Below, one piece after another: positions 25,783-34,489 of a stretch of 34,489 bases of DNA. Position numbers and translations under genes: made by a program. The stretch comes from Planctomycetota bacterium (lineage in GTDB: Bacteria > Planctomycetota > GCA-002687715 > DRQF01): positions 1 through 34,489 of the forward strand of contig JAZGFI010000063.1 of NCBI GenBank assembly GCA_036479435.1, in the 5' to 3' direction. Position 1 is the stretch's first letter; every line of letters starts with the position of its first letter. The notes beneath the pieces are model-generated. The model was not told the origin of the DNA, did no database searches, and saw only the letters and a program-made list of their open reading frames with translations.

Positions 25783-26531
25783 AATCGGTCTTCACCATCA
25801 TCGGAGTCCTGACCCTCGCGCAGTGGGTGTTCGTCGGTTTGCTGCACGGTTTTTTGATCATGCAGGGCAAAAATTCGCCCGAGACCTTCCACAAACTGCA
25901 TCGCATTCCGGTGGTCGGTGGGTATTTTCCCGTCGTCGACTTGCCGACCGACGAAGACAAAGAACGCGAACACGCGGATGCCATGCGCTTACGACTGCTC
26001 GAAGCCAAACGGGACCTCGAACTGCCCAAGGCCTTCGACCCTGAGACATTCCAGGAACTCATCGACGAGATCAAAACCAAAAGCAGCGATCTCAACGACG
26101 ATCGCAAGGGCCTTGAAGCCCGCGAGTCTGAAGTTCAGTCACTCATCGAAGAACTCAAAGAGCGCGAAGAAACCGTCAACGCTCGCCAGGAAAAACTCGC
26201 CCAAGAGGCCGAGCGCATCAAGCTCGCGCAACGCGAACTCACACTCAAGGAGGCCAGCGCCAAAGGAGAACAAGACGCCGCCGAGCGCGAAAATCTCCAA
26301 CGACTCGCCACGGTCTTTGAGGCGATGCAGCCCAGATTGGCCAGGGAACGCCTGGTAGGCACCAAAGAAAACCAAGGAACCGAAGAGGAGCGCAAGCAGC
26401 GCTACCATGACGCGGCTCGAATATTGACCTACATGAACACAGAGGTTTCGGCCGCGATCATGGAGCAGCTCGATCCCGTTGAGTTCGTGCGGATTCAGCA
26501 GGTCATGAAGGGACTTCCGATCGAGAAGTAG
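25779..26531 (+). CDS. MotE/FlbB-like membrane-anchored coiled-coil protein
   Basis: N-terminal TM, coiled coil, MgtE_N-like repeats (LATVFEAMQP, AARILTYMNTEVSAAIMEQLDP); follows fliJ. Confidence 0.7.
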   Translation: MKSVFTIIGVLTLAQWVFVGLLHGFLIMQGKNSPETFHKLHRIPVVGGYFPVVDLPTDEDKEREHADAMRLRLLEAKRDLELPKAFDPETFQELIDEIKTKSSDLNDDRKGLEARESEVQSLIEELKEREETVNARQEKLAQEAERIKLAQRELTLKEASAKGEQDAAERENLQRLATVFEAMQPRLARERLVGTKENQGTEEERKQRYHDAARILTYMNTEVSAAIMEQLDPVEFVRIQQVMKGLPIEK

Positions 26532-26689
26532 CCGCCAGATTCACTTCGCTCACAGCCGGCGCTGGGCCAGCACTGAATCTAAACCCGACCTCTACCCTCT
26601 TTTCACTTATCCCGAGCTTTCTTCCGATAGCAACCCAGGAAGAGGTGCCGCCATTAAGGCGGTGCTGGGGGAAAAGCGGAAGGACAGGC

Positions 26690-27469
26690 ATGGATCTCGC
26701 TACCGTAGTGGGCCTTGTGGTCGGCATCGGCCTCATCTTGATCTCGATCATGATGGGCGCTGGTCTCATGGCCTTTATCGATGCCCCGTCCGTAATGATC
26801 GTTTTCGGGGGCACCATCGCGAGTGTCTTGATCGCGTTTCCGATGGGACAAGCTGTCTCCACCGGAAAGATCATGAAGAAGACTTTCCAGTTCAAGCTCT
26901 CTACGCCTCCTGAAGTTATTAGCAGCATGGCCGAGTACGCCACCCTCGCTCGCAAAGAGGGTCTGCTGGCGCTCGAGGAGAAGCTTCCCGAGGTGCAAGA
27001 TCCGTTCTTGGTGAAGGGTCTGCGTTTGGTGGTCGATGGCTTTCCGGCAGAGGTGGTCCGCGACATCCTCACCATCGACCTCTTTGCCATGCAAGAGCGC
27101 CACACCCAGGGCAAGTGTGTCTTGGACAAGATGGGCGATGCCGCGCCGGCCATGGGCATGATCGGAACGCTCATCGGGTTGGTGACCATGCTCAAGAACT
27201 TGTCGGACCCCTCGCAAATCGGAGGCGGAATGGCGACCGCCTTGTTGACGACCTTCTACGGTTCGTTCATTTCCAACCTCTTCTTTCTGCCGCTCGCCAA
27301 CAAGCTCGAGATCCGCAAAAAAGAAGAAACGATGTTACGGGAAATCATGATCGAGGGCGTCGTCGCAATTCAAAGCGGTGACAAGCCTCAAATGGTTGTC
27401 GAAAAGCTCAAGTCCTTCCTTCCTCCTGGGGTTCGCCAGGCGATGGAGGAAGAGGCGGCGAAGAAGTAG
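26690..27469 (+). CDS. motA: Stator A subunit (PomA/MotP-like)
   Basis: ARKEGLLALE, APAMGMIGTLIGLV, ALLTTFYG. Confidence 0.95.
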   Translation: MDLATVVGLVVGIGLILISIMMGAGLMAFIDAPSVMIVFGGTIASVLIAFPMGQAVSTGKIMKKTFQFKLSTPPEVISSMAEYATLARKEGLLALEEKLPEVQDPFLVKGLRLVVDGFPAEVVRDILTIDLFAMQERHTQGKCVLDKMGDAAPAMGMIGTLIGLVTMLKNLSDPSQIGGGMATALLTTFYGSFISNLFFLPLANKLEIRKKEETMLREIMIEGVVAIQSGDKPQMVVEKLKSFLPPGVRQAMEEEAAKK

Positions 27470-27478
27470 GGCCGGATC

Positions 27479-28255
27479 GTGGCCAAACGCGAAAAACCCG
27501 AAGTCATTCCGCCAAAAGGCGCGCCCGGTTGGATCGTCACCTTTACGGACATGAGTTCGTTGCTGCTGACTTTCTTCATCCTTATTCTCACTTTCTCCTC
27601 GACCGAGAAAGAGAAATTGAAGAAGGCTGAAGGCTCCTTAACGGGAGCCTTCGGCGTGGTCGAAGACCTACGTCGGTCCAAACGCGACGTGAACGCAAAC
27701 GTCGCGGTCAACAACGCCGAGCAAGACCCAAATGGCGTCCCCGATGAGTACATGCGCCGAGATCAGGTTGACGATCTCGAGGACTTGGTCCAAAAGCGTG
27801 ACGTTTTCAACGTGCAGTTCGACAACTCTGCAGAGGGCACGCGCGTACGCTTAATGCCCAGCAACGGCGACGAGATATTCGGTCTTTTGGACGAAGAGCT
27901 CACCGCAGAGGCCGAGGCTCTGCTGAAGGAAGCGGCGGGCCTTTTCCGTAGCTTGCCCTATCGCATCGTCGTCGAGACTCACGTCGACAATCGCACTTGG
28001 CGCGTGAAGCGCGGGATGACGGCCATGCGGTGGACTCTCGCGCGGGCCCTCGCGGCGGCCGAGGTTTTGGAGTCGGTGGGAATTCCTCCGGAGCGCATTT
28101 CGGTTTCGCCGAAGGGGGATTTCGAGCCACTCGCACCCAACAAGAACGGCCCCAAGGCGCGGTACAAGAACCGCCGTCTGGAGATCTTGTTCATCCCCAA
28201 CCAAAGCGATCCCCTCTACCGAAAATACAGCACCGAAGGGGACTCGGATGGCTAA
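27479..28255 (+). CDS. motB: Stator B subunit, copy 1
   Basis: GAPGWIVTFTDMSSLLLTFFIL with the essential Asp; OmpA-like C-terminus ending NRRLEI. Confidence 0.9.
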   Translation: MAKREKPEVIPPKGAPGWIVTFTDMSSLLLTFFILILTFSSTEKEKLKKAEGSLTGAFGVVEDLRRSKRDVNANVAVNNAEQDPNGVPDEYMRRDQVDDLEDLVQKRDVFNVQFDNSAEGTRVRLMPSNGDEIFGLLDEELTAEAEALLKEAAGLFRSLPYRIVVETHVDNRTWRVKRGMTAMRWTLARALAAAEVLESVGIPPERISVSPKGDFEPLAPNKNGPKARYKNRRLEILFIPNQSDPLYRKYSTEGDSDG

Positions 28256-28964
28256 GCCAAAAAAAGTCTACCCCAAAGGTGCACCGGCCTACATGGTTTC
28301 CTTTGGCGACATGATCACCATCATGTTGACCTTCTTCATTCTGCTCTGCTCGTATTCCAGTGAGCGGCAGTCTGGGTTTGTGTCTGATGGGATTGGGTCT
28401 TTCAAGGAGAGCCTCAACACTTTCGGTTTGCCGGGGATCATGCCGGGGGTCAAACACCCGGTCGACCTCGGGGCCAACAAAGTTCGGTTCAAACCGGCTC
28501 GCGCTCTGAACTACGAACTGCTCGAATCTGAAGACGGCGATCTCGACGACCTCAATCGCAATGCTCTGCGCCAGGTCGTCAAGGAAAGCTTGAAGGAAGA
28601 CAAAGTCAGTCGCATACCGATCGTCTTCATTTTCGATTTTCAGAAGACGAAGTTGACTGCCGAGCATCAAACGGCCCTGGATCAGATCGGCCCCATTCTC
28701 GCCAGCTCAAGATCCAAGATTCGAATCGAAGGATTCGCTTACGAAGAAGACAAAGGCCGGCGCGCATCGCGCAAACTGGCCTGGGAACGCGCTCAGTCAA
28801 TTGCAAATTACATGACCCGCGAACACGGCATTGCCGCATCGCGGGTATCGGCCCAAGGCCACGGAACCGGCGGCAAGGGTGTCGCTAATCGCAGAAACCG
28901 CGTCGTCCAAGACTATCTTGGTCGCCGCATTGCGGTCATCTATCTCGTCCCCGAGAAAAGTTGA
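28248..28964 (+). CDS. motB: Stator B subunit, copy 2 (degenerate OmpA-like domain)
   Basis: GAPAYMVSFGDMITIMLTFFILL; IEGFA..ERA. Confidence 0.85.
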   Translation: MAKPKKVYPKGAPAYMVSFGDMITIMLTFFILLCSYSSERQSGFVSDGIGSFKESLNTFGLPGIMPGVKHPVDLGANKVRFKPARALNYELLESEDGDLDDLNRNALRQVVKESLKEDKVSRIPIVFIFDFQKTKLTAEHQTALDQIGPILASSRSKIRIEGFAYEEDKGRRASRKLAWERAQSIANYMTREHGIAASRVSAQGHGTGGKGVANRRNRVVQDYLGRRIAVIYLVPEKS

Positions 28965-28981
28965 CCGAGGAGAGCTAAGTC

Positions 28982-29464
28982 ATGAAGATGAAACTAATCA
29001 TCGGCGTCGTCGCCTTGGCCGTCATCGGCGGAGCGGCTTTCGTCGTCGCCTCCGGCGGGGAAAAAATGAATGAGGATCAGCTCGATGCTATGCGGGGCAC
29101 CGATCCCTACTACGTCGACAGCGAGCTGATCACCGTCATCGCCCCCTACGGCGGGGGTGAGATCTTGACCAACATTCAAGAGAGCAAGATCGTCAAGCTC
29201 GGCTTCGAGATCCAGTATCGCGTCGGGATACGCTGGCAAGAAGATCCGATGCCCGCCGCCGATGCTTTGGCGAAGGTCGCCTCCCAATTGAAAAGCCAGT
29301 TGCTCATCACCCTTAGCGGTCGTGAACCAGCCACCTTCAAAGGAGCCGGTCTTTCGATGCTGCGCCAAGAGATCCTCGACATGATCAACGAACTCGCCTT
29401 CCCCCTCCAAGAAGCGCGCGTCGAAGCCGTCAACCTAACCACCATCTTCGTCCAAGGCGGCTAA
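28982..29464 (+). CDS. fliL: FliL-like protein
   Basis: N-terminal TM, ILTNI..KLGFEI, LRQEILDMINE, VEAVNLTTIFVQ; follows motB. Confidence 0.8.
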   Translation: MKMKLIIGVVALAVIGGAAFVVASGGEKMNEDQLDAMRGTDPYYVDSELITVIAPYGGGEILTNIQESKIVKLGFEIQYRVGIRWQEDPMPAADALAKVASQLKSQLLITLSGREPATFKGAGLSMLRQEILDMINELAFPLQEARVEAVNLTTIFVQGG

Positions 29465-29528
29465 GCCCCCAAACCCGCAACATCTGCGTCAGACGATTTT
29501 CACTACCCTTTACCACCCATGATGCGGT

Positions 29529-30068
29529 CTAACTCGACATCTCCACCAACTTAACCACCGTTCTCCAGTTGCGCGCGGTGCTGATGGTCTGCAAGTTCGA
29601 GTCGAAATAGGCATTCGTCAGCTTGCTTCGTGCGACACCATTCGGGCAGCAAACGAAAACCTCTTGCCCCTTGACGACAAACTCGTCTGGCGGCGAGCGC
29701 TTGGGGTCTAGTTGTTTCACGCCAGCAGCGGACGGGGCAGACTGAAGGAAAACGAAATGCAACTCGCTGGTCTCGACGCCCCGCCGATGGAAGGGGTGCG
29801 ATTCCAGTGCATGGCGGAGTTCTGATGCACTCCGAATGACGACCGGCACCTCAAACCCGAATTCCTTCGCGATTGCCCTGCCTAAACTTCGAGCTAATTT
29901 CTTCGCTCCCGCCGCCGTCGCCGAGAAAACCACGTTGCCGCTCTGGATGTAGGTCGACACATCCAGACCACCAAGGTCTTCCACGATTTGGGCCAGCGCT
30001 TTCATCGGCAGCTTGTGGTGTCCGCCGACATTGATGCCTCGCAACAAAGCAACGTGCCTTCCTGTCAT
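29529..30068 (-). CDS. DUF1697 family protein
   Basis: VALLRGINVGGHHKLPM, TYIQSGNVVF, TARNWRTV. Confidence 0.9.
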   Translation of the reverse strand: MTGRHVALLRGINVGGHHKLPMKALAQIVEDLGGLDVSTYIQSGNVVFSATAAGAKKLARSLGRAIAKEFGFEVPVVIRSASELRHALESHPFHRRGVETSELHFVFLQSAPSAAGVKQLDPKRSPPDEFVVKGQEVFVCCPNGVARSKLTNAYFDSNLQTISTARNWRTVVKLVEMSS

Positions 30069-30073
30069 GCGCA

Positions 30074-30107
30074 AACCTCCTATACCGTGTCAGTCGTAAT
30101 TCTCCCG
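30074..30107 (-). repeat. Inverted partial copy of the 51-bp intergenic repeat
   Basis: The reverse complement matches 32887-32920 at 29/34 positions and supplies the GGAGG RBS of DUF1697. Confidence 0.75.
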
Positions 30108-30147
30108 GTTAAGGGTCGCAGCCGCCGTTCTCCCGGCTGGTTGACTG

Positions 30148-30198
30148 GGTCTGGCGTGGAAAAGCGGGAGAATTAAGACTGGCCCCGCACAACAGGTT
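30148..30198 (+). repeat. 51-bp direct repeat, copy 1
   Basis: 41/51 identical to 32870-32920. Confidence 0.8.
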
Positions 30199-30206
30199 TG
30201 TGGGCA

Positions 30207-32717
30207 CTACTCGCCCAGGATTAGCTCTAGTCCCGGCGTAAAGGAGTAGTTTTGGCTGGCGGCTGGGTCCCATTCGATCACTTGGATGTAGATGGACACG
30301 CCGCAAAGGTCGACTGAACACGGCACCATCGCCGCGTAGGGTGAAATCCCCACGGGGATGTAGAGGAGCGGCTCGGTTACCGGATCCACCAAGACGGTAC
30401 CCCCGATTGACGTAAGCAAGGAGAGCGGCGAAAGACCGACCAAGATACAAACCGTCGTGGCCTCGGGTCGCGAGTTTTCTATCAGGATGTCGATGCCGGT
30501 GCCCAGAATCGGAAGCGCGCTGACACTCAGCGAGGGGACACCGAGGTTCCCGGGCCAACCCGCGCCATAATTGCTGAAGGCGGCTGGCGTTGTGCAGGTT
30601 AGAAAAAGGCGACTGTGCGTGTTGTTGGTCTCGTCGCACTCGTTTTCGCTGCTGACGCCGGTACCGTCATCATCGACGCGCGCAAAGATAGCGTTACTGC
30701 TGCCGAAACCCATGGGAAGATTGAGAGTAAGGTCCTGGAAAGTGCCGGGCTGAAGCGGCGCTGTCGTGGGGACGGTCCCGAGGAGCACACCACCGGCATT
30801 GGGATCGCCGTCGTAGAAGGACATTGGCAAGCCTGCGCCCGCGACGACCGCACCGCCGTTACCCATTCGTGCGGTAACCGAAGGTTGAGCGGCACATCCA
30901 AAACGCAGAAAGGACGCCGTGAGATCCGACGCCGCAAGCGCGCTACTTGCCGTAGTTAGCACATTCTGCCGGTAGTTGTTGAAGGGCATGCCCGCCGGAG
31001 TGAGCCAGTTGTTGTCCTCGATCAGGGGAATCGTCCCGTCGTCGTTTACATTCGTGATGTGATAGCTGTGCTGGTTCCAGATCTGCCGGGTGGCCACCCA
31101 GTTGTCAGTGGGGTCTCCGAAGACAAAGATCCCGCGCTGGGGGCCGAAGCCACAGTTGTTGTTGGCCACCGCGATGATTTCGGCGTTGCCGTCGGCATCC
31201 ACGTCAGCGACCAACACGTACTCGTGCCAAGTACAAGAGCTCAGCGGTGTTTGAAAAAGCACCGTGCCGTCGAGGCCATTGTAGAGCCGCAGGAAAAGCT
31301 CGTCTCGATAGACGACCTCAGCCGCGCCGTCACCGTTAAAGTCAAAAACCGACGATCCGGTGCGGTTGGAGCTCCCATCCTGCGTCACCGACTGCCACTT
31401 AAGCGTGCCGTCAGTTTCAAAGACGGCATAGCGCGCCGCTCCGGCCACGCCAATCTCGGGCATGCCGTCACCGTCGTAGTCGGCCACGGTGGGAGGGCCC
31501 CCGGTGCCGCCCCCCGGAATCGGGACAGGTCCCCAAACAATGTTGCCAAGGTGGTCGATGAGGCGCACCTGGCCTCCGGCCACGTGCACAATCTCCGGGA
31601 AGGGGTCGAGGTCGAAGTTGCCCACAGCGCCATGCCCGTCCGGGATGGCGATCTGCCACAGAATGCTGCCGTCGGCGTTATAGACCGTATTGCCAGCAAT
31701 GACGTTGGGCTCGCCGTCAAGGTCGATGTCGGCAACAATTGAAAGTGGAAAACCAGTGGCACCGCCGATACCGCCGGTCCCGGTCCAGAGCAGCAGGCCG
31801 TTGGCATCAAGTGCTTGCCGGCCGATAACGATCTCCGGCGAGCCGTCGCCGTCGAGATCGGCGATCGAAGGAGCGCCCCAATTGACGTTCTGGATCAGAT
31901 CACTAAACCACTTGAAAGTCCCGTCATTCTCGAAAGCGATGAGACGGTTGTTGCTAGCGGCGCAAGCGATGATCTCGGGTAGGCCATCTTGGTCGATGTC
32001 GCCAACGGCGATCGAAGCCGTAGTACTGATCAAGTGCAGGGGATTGTTGACGGTAAACAGCTCGAGTCCGTCACTCCCACGTAGCGCGCGCAAAACGCCG
32101 ATCTCGACGAGCCCTCCACCCGTCGACGAGGTGGAGCCGAAGATGACTTCTGGAATCTGATCGCCATCCAGGTCCATGATACTCGGAGTCATCATGACGT
32201 TCAGAGCATCAGATTCGACACTGGAACTCGTCCATGACCACTCGATCTGCGGTGTGATCAGGGCCGCGCCCGGATTGAAGATACAATCGGCGCCTGAATT
32301 GCCGTAGTTGTTGGTTTCGTCGCTTTCGACGACAACGGCACCCGAGTCCACAAAGGCAAAGATCAGTGATTGCCGAAATTCGACCTCGCCCCCCAAAACC
32401 GCGTTGCTCTGAACCGTTGCTCCCGCCGCCAAGCTCGCCACGCTGCTACCTCCGAGCACACGGTCGCCGAGGGCGTCAAATTGTCCATTGTGGTTGAGGT
32501 CTTCAAAAAAAGTGAGGTCAAAGGCCCCGGCGGCGACATCACCGTCATTTCGAATCGTCGTGCTCACCATTCCGCTCACCGTCAGCGCTTGAGCGTCGAA
32601 AACCAAGGCCGAGCCATCGACCGTGCTCACCAACAAATCCGCTTGAGCCATGCAAGTCGAACTCAAGTAAAGCAGTGAGGAAAGAAACAGGGCACCTGAG
32701 ATGACGGAAAGCCGCAT
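30207..32717 (-). CDS. Secreted CARDB - FG-GAP/VCBS beta-propeller - CARDB protein with C-terminal domain
   Basis: Signal peptide (CMA-Q), two ExDETNN CARDB ends, multiple DxDxDGxPE repeats, WNQHSYHITNVNDDGTIP, C-terminal NYGAGWPG...GLELILG domain. Confidence 0.85.
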   Translation of the reverse strand: MRLSVISGALFLSSLLYLSSTCMAQADLLVSTVDGSALVFDAQALTVSGMVSTTIRNDGDVAAGAFDLTFFEDLNHNGQFDALGDRVLGGSSVASLAAGATVQSNAVLGGEVEFRQSLIFAFVDSGAVVVESDETNNYGNSGADCIFNPGAALITPQIEWSWTSSSVESDALNVMMTPSIMDLDGDQIPEVIFGSTSSTGGGLVEIGVLRALRGSDGLELFTVNNPLHLISTTASIAVGDIDQDGLPEIIACAASNNRLIAFENDGTFKWFSDLIQNVNWGAPSIADLDGDGSPEIVIGRQALDANGLLLWTGTGGIGGATGFPLSIVADIDLDGEPNVIAGNTVYNADGSILWQIAIPDGHGAVGNFDLDPFPEIVHVAGGQVRLIDHLGNIVWGPVPIPGGGTGGPPTVADYDGDGMPEIGVAGAARYAVFETDGTLKWQSVTQDGSSNRTGSSVFDFNGDGAAEVVYRDELFLRLYNGLDGTVLFQTPLSSCTWHEYVLVADVDADGNAEIIAVANNNCGFGPQRGIFVFGDPTDNWVATRQIWNQHSYHITNVNDDGTIPLIEDNNWLTPAGMPFNNYRQNVLTTASSALAASDLTASFLRFGCAAQPSVTARMGNGGAVVAGAGLPMSFYDGDPNAGGVLLGTVPTTAPLQPGTFQDLTLNLPMGFGSSNAIFARVDDDGTGVSSENECDETNNTHSRLFLTCTTPAAFSNYGAGWPGNLGVPSLSVSALPILGTGIDILIENSRPEATTVCILVGLSPLSLLTSIGGTVLVDPVTEPLLYIPVGISPYAAMVPCSVDLCGVSIYIQVIEWDPAASQNYSFTPGLELILGE

Positions 32718-32869
32718 GGTATTCTCCGGGAATAAGGGCGATTGAAGGGAAGCTTGCGAAAGCTACACCAAAGAAGAGCGGAAAGGAAGACGAGGATCCA
32801 ACGCGATTGCCGCTGCGGGGGAACAGGGGCTGCTTCGCGATGAGGTGGCTTCAGTAAGTGGGAGGATTA

Positions 32870-32920
32870 GGTCTGACGTGAAAAAGCGGGAGAATTTAGT
32901 CTGACTCCGTATAGGAGGTT
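32870..32920 (+). repeat. 51-bp direct repeat, copy 2
   Basis: Matches 30148-30198; its last two bases overlap the prmA stop codon. Confidence 0.8.
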
Positions 32921-33806
32921 AATTTGGTTTTGGGCATTTTAGGACTCGGAATCCGTCGGCAGTGCGGACGGTTTGGAAGGGCATTTTGAGGGCACACAAG
33001 GCCTTTTCGACCTCGGCGGCGGCTTTGTCGCGGATTCCGCCCAGGAGGGCTTGGCCACCGCTCTCAAGGTGCGGGAAGAGCTCGGCGAGGATGAGGATCA
33101 AAAGCTCGTCGACGATGTTGACCAGGATGAGGTCGAACTTGCGAGGGAAGGCAGCGGCAGCACCTGGCGCGAAATGGCAACGGTCATCGAGATCATTCAG
33201 GATGGCGTTGTGTTGGGCAGACTCCAGGGCGCGGGCGTCGATGTCCGCGGCGAAGACCTCGCGCGCGCCAAGACGCGCGGCAGCGAAGGCCAGGATGCCG
33301 GACCCGGTACCCAAGTCAAAGACACTGAGGCCGCTGAGGTCGAGATCCGCAAGGGCCAAGAGCATCAAGCGCGTTGAGGGGTGATCGCCAAGCCCAAAGG
33401 CTTGGCCCGGTTCCAAAATGATGTCGTAAAGATCCGGGTCAGAAGACGGGGGGTGAAACGGGGCCCTTAAGTAGAAGGGAGCTAAGGTCTGAGGCTGGTG
33501 TTGCTCCTGCCAATCCCTGGCCCAATCCACTGCGTCTTCGATGGAAGATCTCAAAGCCCCAGCCAAAGCTGGACCCAGGGAGTCGCGCAATCGCTCAAGC
33601 GTTTGCCCGTCATCGGGTCGAGCCGGGGTCCAAGCGCAAAGGCGTCGCAAAGAGATCCTACCTTCGTCGTCTTGCTGATGTTCCAGCCAAGAACCTTGAC
33701 GTCGTTCTTCAACCGTCGTGGAAACGCCGAGGATTGACTCGATCGTCGCCTTGGGGACGGCGAAGTCCTCGGCTGCTGGCAGATCTATCTCCCAACGGCG
33801 CCACAC
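32919..33806 (-). CDS. prmA: Ribosomal protein L11 methyltransferase
   Basis: DWARDW, LEPGQAFGLGDHPSTRL, DLGTGSGIL, DLILVNI. Start uncertain (GTG 33806; ORF open to 33881). Confidence 0.85.
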   Translation of the reverse strand: MWRRWEIDLPAAEDFAVPKATIESILGVSTTVEERRQGSWLEHQQDDEGRISLRRLCAWTPARPDDGQTLERLRDSLGPALAGALRSSIEDAVDWARDWQEQHQPQTLAPFYLRAPFHPPSSDPDLYDIILEPGQAFGLGDHPSTRLMLLALADLDLSGLSVFDLGTGSGILAFAAARLGAREVFAADIDARALESAQHNAILNDLDDRCHFAPGAAAAFPRKFDLILVNIVDELLILILAELFPHLESGGQALLGGIRDKAAAEVEKALCALKMPFQTVRTADGFRVLKCPKPN

Positions 33807-33826
33807 CGATTCACTCGCGGAGTTCT

Positions 33827-34144
33827 TCAAAACGGACTTTTGCCGGACAAGGTTTCGTGCCAGATGCGGTGGAGCAGCCAAGTGCCGTCTTGGCCTTGCA
33901 TCTCAAGGTCAGACCCAATCCGCCAGGCTTCACGACATTCCGAGTCCTTGAGCTGATCGATGATCCACCCGACGGTGAGGGCGTACATGACTCCAGCGTT
34001 GTCCTCGGAACTGAAGGAGTCAGCAATTTCTTCGAGGGCGCGCAGAATCTTGTCTTCGTCCGACGAAAACCGAAAAAAGAGCTCACGGCCCAAGAGCATC
34101 AAGAGCAAGACCAAGCCAACGGCGACAAGGATGCGTTTGGTCAC
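33827..34144 (-). CDS. Small membrane-anchored hypothetical protein
   Basis: N-terminal TM followed by SDEDKILRALEEIA helix; lies between two genes on the same strand. Confidence 0.55.
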   Translation of the reverse strand: MTKRILVAVGLVLLLMLLGRELFFRFSSDEDKILRALEEIADSFSSEDNAGVMYALTVGWIIDQLKDSECREAWRIGSDLEMQGQDGTWLLHRIWHETLSGKSPF

Positions 34145-34150
34145 GATGAC

Positions 34151-34489
34151 TTAGGTCCCAATGATGAGGAACTCCGTGGTCAGCCTCATGCTCTCCTTGG
34201 CGGCAGCGTGAGTCCCGAAGCTATAGCGATGTGGGCGTTTCGCAATCTCAACTTTGCTCTTGTACTTTAAAAGGAGCGACTCGAGAACTTCAAGATCGGG
34301 AAAGGCGTTCGAGGAATAGGACATGACAATGGTGCTGTCTTGGAACATCGCAAACATCCGCTCGAAAGCGGCCATTGAGTCGCGGCGATAAGAGAACGGC
34401 GTGTACCGCTTTTCTAGCTTCTTGACCTTAGTGCTCATCATCAACGGCGCCTGAGTGTCATCCCAGTAGTTGCTAAGCCCTTCGAGGAA
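34151..34489 (-). CDS. DNA adenine methyltransferase, C-terminal fragment (truncated by window)
   Basis: Frame open to the window edge: FLEGLSNYW...KRYTPFSY...IVMSYSSN...EFLII, resembling D12-class/FokI-like MTase C-termini. Confidence 0.65.
   Translation of the reverse strand, partial: FLEGLSNYWDDTQAPLMMSTKVKKLEKRYTPFSYRRDSMAAFERMFAMFQDSTIVMSYSSNAFPDLEVLESLLLKYKSKVEIAKRPHRYSFGTHAAAKESMRLTTEFLIIGT

Noticed and set aside
26603..26630. Sigma28-like promoter before motA (TCACT-N15-TCCGATAG)
   Set aside because: The -35 match is too weak to call.
8043..29464. Absence of flgDE, fliK, fliMNPQR, flhAB, flgKL and fliA suggesting a degenerate flagellum
   Set aside because: All genes present are intact, and split flagellar clusters are common; the rest probably lie elsewhere.

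Overview
The window has four parts. (1) 1-4979: an integron in the 'inverted-integrase' layout. intI (minus strand) points into its own array, with attI at about 3777-3795 and five near-identical 66-bp attC sites whose top strand is the minus strand. Six cassettes are visible. Four belong to one ~524-bp gene-less family (three complete, one cut by the window edge). One carries a NYN/LabA-DUF88 RNase behind its own sigma70 promoter and a ~60-nt terminator-ended leader RNA. One carries an antisense membrane protein. By hand folding, the gene-less cassettes form a nested, G.U-rich ~460-nt structure on the minus strand only, and several differences between copies keep the pairing. This is the best candidate for an undescribed system: integron-amplified structured ncRNAs. 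(2) 5242-8004: a small membrane protein and an alpha-glucan phosphorylase. (3) 8043-29464: a partial flagellar cluster: fliT-like/fliS/fliD/fliC; FleQ-like and FleS/FleR-like sigma54 regulators with three uncharacterised TPR genes; flgBC-fliEFGHIJ; a MotE-like gene; motA with two tandem Na+-type motB genes; fliL. (4) 29529-34489: DUF1697, a secreted CARDB/FG-GAP propeller protein bracketed by ~51-bp repeats, prmA, a small protein and a truncated DNA adenine methyltransferase. A Planctomycetota host is a tentative inference. All assignments come from motif recognition by eye; no searches were run.
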